From: the human T2T-CHM13v2.0 reference genome, Homo sapiens
Strand: one strand, 5' to 3'
DNA: 64,000 nt
NCBI RefSeq assembly: GCF_009914755.1
Contig: NC_060931.1
The position numbers were made by a program, and so were the translations under genes. Numbering within the stretch: the first letter of the stretch is position 1; every line of letters begins with the position of its first letter. Positions 52,416 through 64,000 of this stretch are shown one piece after another. The notes under the pieces were generated by a model, which worked only from the letters and a program-made list of their open reading frames with translations, did no database searches and was not told the origin of the DNA.

Positions 52416-53061
52416 AGCAGTGGTGTTATGACAACACTTTCTTGCTAGTGGCTTTAAAAATACTTTTTGATAGAGAGGGTGTATGCACAAGTCATCCTTT
52501 CTCAGGACATGAGGCTTAAGTTGGGTATGGAAAAAGAAAGAATACTAATAAAATGGGTTACAGTGACTTTTGGTTGAGCCTTATTTATTTTCTTAGATCT
52601 GTTTGAACAGACAGTTGTCATGTGGTTCACTCTGCTTTATGACGGAGGAAGAAGCAGCCATCTTCTTTCAAAGGTGCTGCTATGTTTCAGAGTGGTTTGA
52701 CTCACACCTATAGCTCAGAAAAGAAGGAAATGATTGTAGTGAGAGGGATTGGAAATGGATGCTAACAAGCAAAGGACTAAAGTCAGGGTCAAAGTCACTT
52801 CTTGCTATAAAATTATCTCAGTGTTATTCTCTTTAACAAATGGTTTTATTTTCACTCCCCTCAAACAGCTATGATCATTATTCTGGCAACACTCGGTTCC
52901 ATTTCAACATTAGTGGACATACCAGGTTGTGGCCATCTTTGGAATAACCCTGCACGCATGAACTCCTCTTTTGTTATTCCTTGTCTTTGTGACTATGCTA
53001 GCCATTCACCTACTCCTCACAACAGAAAATATGGGAGTCAACCTTGCTTCGTTTTATTTCA

Positions 53062-53095
53062 ACACACACACACATACACACACACACACACACAC
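53062..53095. repeat. (CA)n, interrupted
   Basis: Read directly. Confidence 0.92.
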
Positions 53096-53495
53096 GCAGT
53101 AAATCACCTAAGTTCATCATCCCACAGTCTCCCCATGCCTACTGCCAGTCTCCAACTCTAGGCCACTCTCATCTCTGTCCTTGATAACTCTTCTTCCTCC
53201 CAGGCTGTCCTCACTCAAGTCCATCCTCCATAATGCAGCCAAAGTATTCTTTTGAAAATGCAACTCTGATCAAGTCATTTCCCTGTCTAAACTATGAACT
53301 GGTTTTCCGTGTCCGGCGTTGAAAAATCTCACCATACTCAAAATCTTGCTGGCTTTCCTCTCTGACTCACCCTTCACCTTCCTCCCTTACACTGGGCCCC
53401 ACCCTTATTTAAGTATTTCCTGTCACTTGAAGATGTTGGCTCCCCTTCGCCTCTGGGCCTTTCCACATGCTATTACCCCTACCTGGAACACACTA
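53096..53495 (+). mobile_element. L2 fragment
   Basis: CCATCCTCCATAATGCAGCCAAAGTATTCTTTTGAAAATGCAACTCTGATCAAGTCA...GGGCCTTTCCACATGCTATTACCCCTACCTGGAAC. Confidence 0.8.
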
Positions 53496-53568
53496 TTGTG
53501 ACAGCTACAGATTGGCACTTGGGTCACAGACCTCAATACAGATGTGTTTTAGGTTATTTTAGCTGTAA

Positions 53569-53938
<370 letters not shown>

Positions 53939-54489
53939 AATATGCTTATTTTCTTGACAGCTTCCTCACCCCTTAAGGAGGCATTCACTGGAGTCAGAAG
54001 GCGTGGCCGAAAGAAGAAACTCTGCGCTTCCCTTCCTGCCCCCATCAGGCGTAGCTGTCATTCCTATTGGTCCCCACCAAGGTGTGCCCAGCTGGCTTAC
54101 ATGTCTCATTCAGCCTCATTCATTAATCATACGCATCCAAAATTCAAACCAACACTTACAGTATTACACCAAACACTTGTTTTTTTAGTTCCATAAATTT
54201 GTGCTATTGCAGCCAATCATCCCACAACCATATAAAAGGAGTCTTAGCACGTGGTTAATAAGAGTTAAGGAAGCCAGGTTCCAGAAGGAATTTCTCAGGA
54301 TTCCCTCTGATTCAGCATTCTTCATTCCTCCATTCTTGACCTGGCTATGCCTTACACACCCCTGGGCTCTTAGTTTTAAAGCTCTTTTCTGCTCCCCACT
54401 GTGGTCGTGTTAGGTTCCCCTACCAAGAGTTGCAAAATCCCTTGTTTCCCAGTAATGTTCTCTGCTAATACTCTGTTTCTTGACTGTGC

Positions 54490-54600
54490 TCTGAGCTTCC
54501 GAAAGGCAAAGAGTGTATTTGTCAAGGTCCCCATTGTATCTACAGAGCCTGGCATGTGGTGACTGCACAATAAATATTGCTGAACAAATAAATAAAATAA
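54490..54600 (+). mobile_element. L2 3' terminus
   Basis: CAGAGCCTGGCATGTGGT...CAATAAATATTGCTGAACAAATAAAT. Confidence 0.7.
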
Positions 54601-55749
54601 ATCGTGGCAAGAATAGAGATTGCATTAAAAGTTTATCTCCCCTTTTCCCCTTTATCCCCAGGAGACCCCATCCTCCAGAATTCAAAGAAGAAAGTTGAAC
54701 CCTTCTCACATTAAGCCTATCTGAAAAGCTGCTTTTAGAAACTCCAGTGCACACTCACACACCATTATATGTTATTTCAGGCTGGTGTAATAATAAAACT
54801 GTCAATCCTATGAATAAGAACTGTTTCTTTACTTGGATTCTTGCTCATGTTCGTGTATATTTATGTATTACTAGAAAAGCAGCATTCTTAAGATTCTTAG
54901 ATTGTTTTGATAAGATATGACTCTACTTTTCCCAGCCTTTCTTATTATAAGAATCTTTAACAAGCTCTTTAAACAGTTCACACATGCTACCTTACATTTT
55001 TATGTGATGTAACGTATAGTGAAAATTTTTTAAAAAGATTTTCTTAATATAATGTTTAAATAATAAAATTATTTCTTGTCTAATGATATTTGTGCAAGTA
55101 GACTAGTTTTTTTATGCATAGAAGACACACCATTTCTTTAGTTTCGTTGAGGAATAATTATCAATCATTATTATTTATAAGACAAGGCTGTTCTTTTTTA
55201 AAAAAAATCTTTAATTTAAAATACCTCTGTATTTAAGAGTGTTAACTACAAGAGCCTTTTCTATTGTCGTTCTTAGAAAAAAAAAGGTTCTGATGTTTGC
55301 TAGTCTAATAATTTATTTAATGCCTAAATTCATGTGACCTGAAAAAAAAAGTTTAAAACATTAAGTGAAGATGTGTGGTTCTATGGAGGGCAAAAGTCTT
55401 GTGTATAAGACCACAGGTAGCAGCCAGCTCCCTCAGTGGCCATCTCTATCAGCCTTGAGACCACCTCTCCTTACTGATCTTAGCTAGAAAACAGGCAAAA
55501 GGTAGCAGCTTCTAGTGACCATTCCAGGCTGCTTACAAACAGGGTGATTCTGGGGGAAAGCAGAACTGGGTGCTTTCCATCTCCATTGAAAAATGAAAAA
55601 AACAGAAAAAAATGGACAAAATGAAGAAAGAATATAGAGAATTTCAAACAACTGGCTTAGTCTTGGGCCTTCTTTCCCTGCCCACCCCACACCACCATCT
55701 TTTGCATGCCCTTCTCACCCTGCCCTGTTGTCAACCTTGAGCTGTCTTG

Positions 55750-56581
55750 GAAGCAAAGTCCAAGGGGACAATGGAGCATGCAGGCAAGTTCCATATCACC
55801 CCATTTGCCTAGAGCATTTGGTTGCCCCATGAACACAGAATTCCAGTGGACCCACAATGTGTGGGAGTTCAGTGAGGCTCATGGCGAGTACAAGGGAAAT
55901 GTGTCATGTTTATGACTAAGTGGTCATGCTTCCTGTTCAAACAAGAAAGAAGGCAACAGCATTCTAAGAAACACAAACAACCAAGGGATCTTAAAGTATC
56001 CTTTCTCACTCCTGTCACTTCCTTGTAATAACCAACCAATTACATGGAAAACGATGACATTGAAGGAAAGGGAAAAATAGGGAAACCTACAGATCTTTTT
56101 TCTTTCTGTTTTTAGAAAGCACATCAACAAGCCAAATGTAGAAAGCATCGGTAAAATGTGCAAATATAAAGAAATAAAAAAGAGTTGAGTTAGTGTTGTG
56201 TGGCGTTCACACTGTTCTGGTGAGAATGAAATACATATGCGCATACAAGGTACAGAACGTGAATTTATGAATTGTGTAATTTTGGTGATTCGGCAGAAGA
56301 GTTACATGTTCTTATATTTGCCTCTAAAACTTGCACTGAACAATGGTACAATTCATGCTCATAATTAAAACTTTTAATTTTTCTTTACTTTAGAACTACA
56401 TTAAATAGCAAATAAATAACAACATGGCAAGTCAAGAGAGATCATGGAAAAAAGGAAAAGGCTTCATATTTAGTATCTTTAATGGCATATTTTCTGTTTT
56501 TGTTTTTGTTTTTTCTTTTTTTGAGCAAGAGTCCTGCATTTTCATTTTGCCTTGAGTCCTGCAATCATGTAGCTGGCCCTG
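55750..56581. mobile_element. Zaphod/MER115-like hAT-Tip100 fragment
   Basis: CAGAATTCCAGTGGACCCACAATGTGTGGGAGTTCAG...GTTGAGTTAGTG...; terminal GCATTTTCATTTTGC...ATGTAGCTGGCCCTG, an end shared with MER91. Confidence 0.75.
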
Positions 56582-56932
56582 CTTCCAAGAAAAGAGGAAG
56601 GAAGAGCCAGTGCTTCACTATGGTAGGCCCTGAAGTGGGATCCAGCTCTCTGGCTTTGCTATGGCTTCAGCCTTCCTGATGTGACTTCCCTTTCCTGTCT
56701 CCTTCCCTTGTGACTGTGACTTCTCAGCAGCTCCTGAGCTCTCTGCCTCTTGGCTCGAAGGGACCATACTTACACTGATGCTAGAGCACACCCTTTATTC
56801 CTGGGTCCAGTTGTTGACGTAGCAACTTCAAATGGACACAGAGATCTCTGGACATTTTCTGTTTATGTATTTATTTATTCACTAAGCATATATTAAGAAC
56901 TTGTAATATGCCTAGCGCTGTCCTATGCCAAC

Positions 56933-57078
56933 TGCTATGAATTGAATTATGTCCCTTCAAAACTCACATATTGAAGCCCTAACCCCAGGACAATGGTATT
57001 TGGAGATGGGGCCTTTGGTAAGTTATCAGGTTTAAGTGACATCATGAGGGCAGGGTCCTCGGTAAAATTAGTACTGTT
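56933..57078 (+). mobile_element. MLT1A-type LTR 5' fragment within an antisense L2 tail
   Basis: TGCTATGAATTGAATTATGTCCC...TTGAAGCCCTAACCCC...GGTATTTGGAGATGGGGCCTTTGG. Confidence 0.8.
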
Positions 57079-58011
57079 GTAGGTACTGGGGGTAGAACAC
57101 TACATTATCATTCCAAAAGAGGTCCCTACCTTCTGAAACTAGATTATCCAAATCTTGGGAACTATAATACAGATTTCCATGAAAAACAAGGATTATGTTT
57201 CCAGAGAGCTCTTGACAGCTGAGCCAAAAGGAAGAAAGCAGAGAGAACTGTGGGCAGTTCTCTTATAAGACAGGGCTGTTCTGAAATAATTTCTGATTTC
57301 ATTTTTTAAAAATGCTTAAAAGTACATACTAATTTGTGTAGTGGAAGGTTTATTATTCCCATGGCAGTGAAGATCAAGAGCTACCTCTGTGTTATAATTT
57401 AAAATATATTGCTTTGGAGTGTTTTCTGTAGATGCCTGGAATATTTTTATCCCTCTTGCCAGGCTGGCAAACTCTTCCTTCTTTTAGAGTAAACTTGTGT
57501 CTCATTTATTCAATTCAGTCTTTCTCAATTCCCCTAGATAAAGCACCTTTTATTTAATCAAATTAACTACCCCTCCTTTATAGAACTTATCACATTGTAT
57601 TTTGTAGAATAAAAAAAACACTTAAGACCTACATATCCTGTGCCTCATACCTAGGAGCTATTTGGTAAATTAAGAGTAGAAAAGTAAGTTTAGTGAAAGA
57701 GTTCACTCCATGTTAAGAAATGTACTGTATGGTTTCAAGTAAATTTCAAATACTTGAACATATACAATCTTGAGCTTACTGCACTTCTACTCAATGGGCA
57801 CATCTAGTATTTCAGCATGAAAAAAAATCAGTGGGAACAATAGGGATCACATTGAGGTTTGAAAATATAATTTTAAATGTATGAAAGTTAAGTTGGAAAT
57901 ACTAAAATAAGATAATTGGAAAAGCAACTAGCATACTGGGTTTTATAAACAAAGCTTAAAATACCTAGCAATAAAAATCTCGGTTTCAAGCAATATTATT
58001 GAATCATTTAA

Positions 58012-58215
58012 GCAAGGTTTGCAAATGAAAGCCTTAGACCAAAGTCAGCCTGCAGAAGAGTTTAATTTTTCTCATTAAAAAAATTTCATTTGTATCTCCT
58101 TAAGTAGGACCTGCACTCCCCTGTTTAGCCACCAACTCTACCATTCCCTATTGCCTTCAACTCTGCCAGCCACATTGCTGTCTGGTCCCTAAAAGCATTT
58201 GTATTGTGATCTGGT
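58012..58215. mobile_element. MER102-like hAT-Charlie element
   Basis: TGCACTCCCCTGTTTAGCCACC...CCATTCCCTATTG...TGGTCCCTAAAAGCATTTG. Confidence 0.6.
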
Positions 58216-59019
58216 GCCTTACAAGTTCCTTTCTGTCGCAGGGCAAAAACCTGTCTCATTTTACAGAGAACTCAGCCTAATCCTGAAAATGCTAAGATAA
58301 AGTTGTAGCTAATAAAGTTAGAAAAGTTCTTCTGTTTAGTTTGGATCAAGATTTGGAAAGAGAGAATACACGCACAAATTCTTTCCCTGTAATACAACAT
58401 AAGAAAGAAAAAAAAATCTGTATGTTAAAATCTATAATTCTTTGAACTCTTAATATATTAATAAGACTATAAGGCTTCATAATCAAAATTTCATCTATAA
58501 TACTCACTACTGCTAAAAGGAATTTGTCTCTCAAAGCAGAACTTTGCAGTGGTGTCTAGCTTTGCTAGCTAAAGAGACTGTGTGAAATAGGGGAGTGAGA
58601 GGCCACATATACCCCGAGTGAACTGTGGGAATTTTTCTGCTCTGGACACCTCCTAAGAGAAGCATCTAGTGATCGGCAGAGCCACACTTACCAGAGCAGG
58701 GGATGTGAGTTCCAAAAGGAGCCCCCATGGCCGCACACTGTCCACACCACACAGTCCCAAAAGGCACAGGTCGTCACCTGCAGCTAGCTCACTGCACCTG
58801 TAGCTTTCTATTTTTACACATGTGGACATTCATAGCATCGAACCTAATCAACTTGAATGGAACAAATAGAACTTATTCACTGATTGTGATCAACTAGTGA
58901 GTCTTCTGTCCCCAGAGGCTACAAAAGGCAGTGCTTTTATGTGGGGTAGGAGAAATTCAGATGGGACAACGAATAAAAATAATAGAGTGGTCAAGACTCT
59001 ACCATATAATTATCCTTCC

Positions 59020-59319
59020 TTTTTTTTTTTGCAGAAGGAGTCTTGCTCTTGTTCTGTCGCCCAGGCTGGAGTGCAGTGGTGTGACCTCAACCCACTGTAA
59101 CCTCCCCACCCCTGGTTCAAGCGATTCTCCTGCCTCAGCCTCCTGAGTAGCTGGGACTACAGGCACCCGCCACCATGCCAACTAACTTTCGTATTTTTAG
59201 TAGAGATGGGGTTTCACCATGTTGGCCAGGCTGGTCTCGAACTCCTGATGTCAAGTGATCGGCCCTCTTAGGCCTCCCAAAGTGCTTGGGTTACAGGTGG
59301 TGAGCCACTGCGCCCGGCC
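59020..59319 (-). mobile_element. AluS
   Basis: Poly-T, then CTGTCGCCCAGGCTGGAGTGCAGTGG...TTCACCATGTTGGCCAGGCTGGTCTCGAACTCC...GCGCCCGGCC; degenerate TSD TAATT(A/T)TCCTT. Confidence 0.95.
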
Positions 59320-59434
59320 TAATTTTCCTTATTTAAGCAGGACACTGGGTATTATGCCAAAGGCCTAGAATGAATCGAAAAGGGTGACTCAGGAGATCCT
59401 AAATTCGACACCACGCGTGAAAAACTGGATGTAA

Positions 59435-59650
59435 TAATAATAGCAGTTTTTGTTTTTTTATAGAGCACCCACAAAGGGTTAGGGACTATACTTGACATTT
59501 TTCCATACTTTTTTTTTTTTCAAACTTCACAACAGTGCTATGAGATGGAGATTACTATCACCATTTTTATGGAAGAGGAAACATCCACTAAGTAGCTGAG
59601 CAGAGATTTACACCCAAGTCTCTCTGGCATCACAGCCCACATACCATCAG
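59435..59650 (-). mobile_element. MIR SINE
   Basis: CTTCACAACAGTGCTATGAGATGG...CCATTTTTATGGAAGAGGAAAC...GAGATTTACACCCAAGTCT. Confidence 0.65.
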
Positions 59651-60515
59651 CTTCACCAGGCTGCCCCAATTATATGCAATTTTAAAACTGTGGCACTGCA
59701 AGTCAGGGAAGCAAACCGTCCATCTGATTGTGACCCAAACACCAGAAAGGCAAGAGAGATAAAAATAAAGAGAAAGAAGGAAGGTAGAATAGAGGGCAAG
59801 ATAGGCATCTGGGAACAGCTTTCACAAAAATAGAAGTGCAATTAAATTGATGTCTTCCAAAATGGTCTGAACTCACACACCTACAGCCCTGGCTGCTCTG
59901 TTTTATCTCATTAAATGCCTGGTTATGGATGGGCAGGCCTGCCATCTGTTTAAATAATAGTTTTCTGTTCTCTGTGAACTGAGCTGCAGTGTCGAGGACA
60001 ATTAAAGCGTCATTTCCACGGCCATCTCCCTCTCGGCGGGAACTCTGATATTGCAGGACCATCAGCCTCCACCACACTGGCATCTGCTCTCAGCTACAGT
60101 TTCACTGCTTTTCCACCTAACCTGCCCACCAGAGGTAAACCTGCCTGACCAAGACATGGGGTATATAGATATGAATGCCCACTCAGAAAAGAACAGAAGA
60201 CAGATTAGGAAGAGTTCCAGCACCCTCCTTCTTGCCAATGCCAGAGTGAGTGACAGATATGGCTTTCTGTGAATCTAATGATAAGCTATTTTCAAAATTC
60301 AGGTTTAAATTCATGCACAACAAATGGGGTTTGTTTTAAAAGAGACATGCTTAGAACTGGAACGGGTGGAAAAGCCAAGTGGCTGCACTTCCAACAAAGA
60401 AAAGAGATCTCAGGTATATACCAGGAGACTGAGGTTAGAGTTTAATTGACCTGTTTAATGTGTGGATAAAATGGATTTTAACTCTAACAGTGTGTCTTCA
60501 GATTCTATACCTATT

Positions 60516-60630
60516 GGGTAACCCATAATTTATTATCCAGACCAGGATATTTTCACAGGTAAAATGGGGTAGTGTTGAAAATTATGTCAGAGCAACAATC
60601 ATGGGCAAACTACAAACATTGCTTTCCCAG
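60516..60630. mobile_element. MER94-like hAT-Blackjack MITE
   Basis: GGGTAACCCATAATTTATTATCCAGACCAGGATATTTT...AATTATGTCAGAGCAACA. Confidence 0.65.
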
Positions 60631-60658
60631 TCAGTTGAATCAGAGGACGGAGTATATA

Positions 60659-61218
60659 TTTATTAGTCAGGGTTCTCCAGAGAAACAGAACCAATAGTAT
60701 ACACAGAGATGTACAAGAGGGGATTTATTATGCGAATTGACTCATGGCATCGTGGAGGCTGAGAAAGTTCCAGGATGGGCCCTCTGCACACTGGAAAACC
60801 AGGAGCCTGATGGGATAATTCAGTCCAAGTCTGAAGGCCTGAGGGACCAAGGGAGTGAATTAATGGTGAAATTCTCAGTCCAAGGCCAAAAGCCTGAGAA
60901 ACTGGGCTGCAAACCTGAAGTCCGAAGGCTGGAGAACCTGGAGCTCTGATGTCTGAGGGCATAAGAGAAAATGGATGTCAGCTGCAGATGAGAAGGAGGG
61001 AATATGCCCTTTCTTCACCTTTTGTTTTATTTGAGACCTGAAAGGATTGGATGATTCCTATCCATGTTGGTGAGGGTGATCGTCTCTACTCAGTCTACTT
61101 ATAGAAATGCTCATCTCTTCCAGAAACACTCTCACAAACACACCCAGAAATAATGTTTCTCCAGCTATCCGGGCATCCCTTAACCCAGTCGAGTTGATAC
61201 ATAAAATTAACTCTCACA
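60659..61218 (-). mobile_element. MLT2B-type ERVL solo LTR
   Basis: TATTAGTCAGGGTTCTCCAGAGAAACAGAACCAATAG...CACACCCAGAAATAATGTTT...GTTGATACATAAAATTAACTCTCACA; GTATA-like flanks. Confidence 0.92.
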
Positions 61219-61472
61219 GTATATATGGCAATATCTCCCAACAGTTCATGTTTACTGTTTCCTGGTACATTGCAATAGTCTTAATTACTTTTCAGAAAAT
61301 AATTCTTCACAATGATTTGACTCCTAATGTTGCCTGCTTCAGCCCAGAACCTTTCCTAAGAAATATATCTAGTTCCATTCAATTCAAGAATCGAGGAAAG
61401 CAGCACTGGAAATGAAAAGAATCGTCTTTGAACCTGTTTGCATGAGAATTGGCACCCACAACCCACAGATTA

Positions 61473-61570
61473 GTGTGTGTGATGTGTATATGTATAGGTG
61501 TGCATATATGTGTGATGTGTACATACATATGATAAATACATACATACATACATATTCATACATATATATT
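61473..61570. repeat. TG/TA/CATA low-complexity repeat
   Basis: Read directly. Confidence 0.8.
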
Positions 61571-62799
61571 TTGTAAGGTGTCCTCTATACAAAGTTTTCC
61601 ATGTTGATATTTCTAATTTCCAGGACATTTCCAACATATTTAGGTTGTTCAGCAATTCTTCAACAAATTATACAATGGTGGTTTTTTGTCACTTGTTTAG
61701 GATTAAAGTTGCACTTGAATTTAGTGTGGATTTCTTTACTTCTGCTCTGGCTGTGTACCTAACATATTCTACAAAAGATCTCTAGGATCTATAAAAGAAA
61801 TCCCAATGTCCCACAGTAAGCATCCTCTATCTCACACCCCAGGAAACTCACTGTGAGTAAGAGCCAATGAAAAATGGAATTGAAGCAGAAGAGATGACAA
61901 TATAAGCACGAACATTACAAACAGGCATACCCTGACAGCATCTAGTTCCTACTGCTAAGTATTAATTGGGTCCTGCAATTCTCTGGGTGTCTCTTGGGTG
62001 CAAGTTCTTCCCAGAGAAGAAACTGTATTTCTCAGCTAGACTTGTGCCACAACCAGGGAGAGCTAAGGAAGGGAATCAGGAGAAGAACTGGAGGAGGAAG
62101 AGCAATTGCCCCAGGTGAGGACTTTGTAGGGTCTCCAGGCAAGAGAAAGCTGTTGTTCTCTAGTAAGGGGGAAAGCCTGTTTCTGCTGGCATAGAGGGTA
62201 CAGGCAAATCTGGAAGTTCTATTTTTTTTTTCAGGCTCATCCAACCAAGAGTCCCCATCTTAGGTCTTGGGGATCCACTCTTTTCCTCCCAACTCTGATT
62301 TTGGCACAGGCAACATATTAAGGAGGTATATTCAGTCCCCTTTTTGTTCTGCCCTCCTTATACTCAAATTCTCAGCCTGATTTCCAGCAGAATCCGCTTT
62401 GCAGCTGCAAAAATTAAGATCTCTTAAAATGCTGCCCTATATGCCTTCTGATTTGACACTGTGCTTTGGGTCGATTGTTGCTTACTTTTAACTACTTTAT
62501 TTACATATTTTTAATGTTTTCAAAGCAATTAACAGAGGCCAACCAGCTCAACAATCCTTGTGATTATCTCTGCTCCAGTATCATTCAAATACGACAGGCC
62601 AGGGCTTTATTCCTTAACTGTATTCTTCCCCTTTCCACCACTGGAGAGTTAGGAATTGTGTTGCTACTGCAGACCAGGAGTGTCACCACTAGACCTACAC
62701 GGGAAAATAAGGCCTGTATCGCCACTTCACTTGGAAGAGATCCCAATCTAGAATCTCATTCTGAGTGCCTGCTTTGGGAGGCCACTCTCAAAAACAACT

Positions 62800-63307
62800 A
62801 TCTTAGGAAGGATTTTTAAGAAAGCAGAGTTGGAGCCACGGAATTGTGTACAGGTAGTTTATTTTAGAAGTGATCTCAGGGAACAGGAGAGGAAGCTGGG
62901 GAGAGCCAGATGGAGATGCAGTTCAAGACAATTCAAAGAGTTGGTCACCCTGAGAGTAACTGGGGCTCCCCTCCATCAGAATCCTCAAAAAGCCTTGCAG
63001 AATGTGCCTCAGAATTGCCCACCTGAGCCATGGAAGAGGACAGCATTTATTCACCCCTCTCACCCACTGGTCAAGAGCATTGACTGTCTTACATACCCAT
63101 GCTACTGATGCATGAGTGTCTGGGTAGTTTTCCAAGAGCATCTCGTGCAGTGATCAGAAAGTCCCAGAAAAAAACTGAGAGATTTGTGATGCAGTGGAGA
63201 CCAGGTGCTGTCAAGTTACACCTGTTTGAAGCTGGTTGCCGTAGCAATGGTTGCTGAAGGGGTGGGCTGTAAGAATGTAAAGTGGGGCACAACAGGTGTC
63301 CAGTGCA
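62800..63307 (-). mobile_element. LTR33-family ERVL LTR
   Basis: TCTTAGG...AAAGCAGAG...GTAGTTTATTTTAGAAGTGATCTCAGG...GTGCCTCAGAATTG...GCATTTATTCACC...GGGGCACAACAGGTGTCCAGTGCA. Confidence 0.7.
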
Positions 63308-63914
63308 GATGGTGACCCCACTTTTAAAAGCTATGTAAGAATCTCTGGGCCAGGGACAAAGGAGAGAAAAAAATGGGAAGAAATTTCCACAGATATTTTA
63401 TAGAGTAGGTTTTCATTTTATATATAAACCTGTTAGCCATTATTAAAACTATTTTGCTGTGCTGCGCTAAAGTGAAACTCATATTATTCCTCAATAAGTG
63501 TTTCACATAGAAACAACTAAACCAGAATTTAACAGTAATGAAATATTACTAATCTCCTGCAAACTGAGCCTATCTGTAATCAAATTAAAAGACAACTGTA
63601 CTTCTTCATGGCACTAAGTTAGAAAAAGATGAGAGAAATCCTAGATTTACTTTGTTTGGAATGTGTTTGACTCATTGAAACAATATCAGCCTTTTTATTA
63701 TATGAAATAATACTGATTTTTCTCCCTAGTCAGGGTCCATTTTCTCCTTTCTAGGCCTGAGGGTGGCCATCTGCTTCATCCATGCTGCTGTCTAGCATTT
63801 CACACAACCTAGCATAAATTCTCTGGATTCCAGAACCGTGAAGGTGATAACTTTGCACAACGCTAAAGGGAATTACATATTTGTAAATGCAGAATGAATT
63901 TTATATGGTGAAAT

Positions 63915-64000
63915 TTCTTGGGATTATTACATCATGTTTTTAAATGAATTAATTCATGCAAAGTATTTAGAGCACATAATAGGAGCTCAGTGAATGTTAG
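63915..64000 (+). mobile_element. MIR 3' end
   Basis: TTAAATGAATTAATTCATGCAAAGTATTTAGAGCACATAATAGGAGCTCAGTGAATGTTAG. Confidence 0.7.

Overview
This is primate genomic DNA, most likely human or great ape: it carries AluJ, AluS and AluY copies and an L1PA3-like 3' end. The window is AT-rich and looks intronic or intergenic. I found no protein-coding gene, RNA gene or CRISPR array that I can support; the listed ORFs fall in repeats or low-complexity DNA, or resemble no protein I recognise. Interspersed repeats dominate: about 10 Alus, old L1/HAL1/L2/MIR fragments, solo LTRs (MER52, MLT1A, MSTB, LTR16, MLT2, LTR33), DNA-transposon relics (MER2B, MER58B, MER3, MER5, Zaphod/MER115, MER102, MER94) and microsatellites. 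Family names come from my recall of consensus sequences, not from a search. The best-supported unusual structures are four retrotransposition fossils. (1) A ~300-bp L1 that is both twin-primed (5'-inverted) and carries a 35-nt 3' transduction, inside a MER2B. (2) A second L1 with a probable ~275-nt 3' transduction. (3) A MER52 solo LTR inserted into an AluJ, with both target-site duplications (TSDs) readable. (4) A ~560-bp polypyrimidine tract grown from an Alu tail. Unique DNA contains a CpG-rich minus-strand promoter/first-exon candidate (15.2-15.7 kb), several immune-type motif clusters, an RFX/C-EBP element and a clean 60-nt symmetric exon candidate. I see no evidence for a wholly new biological system; the transcript models are hypotheses only.
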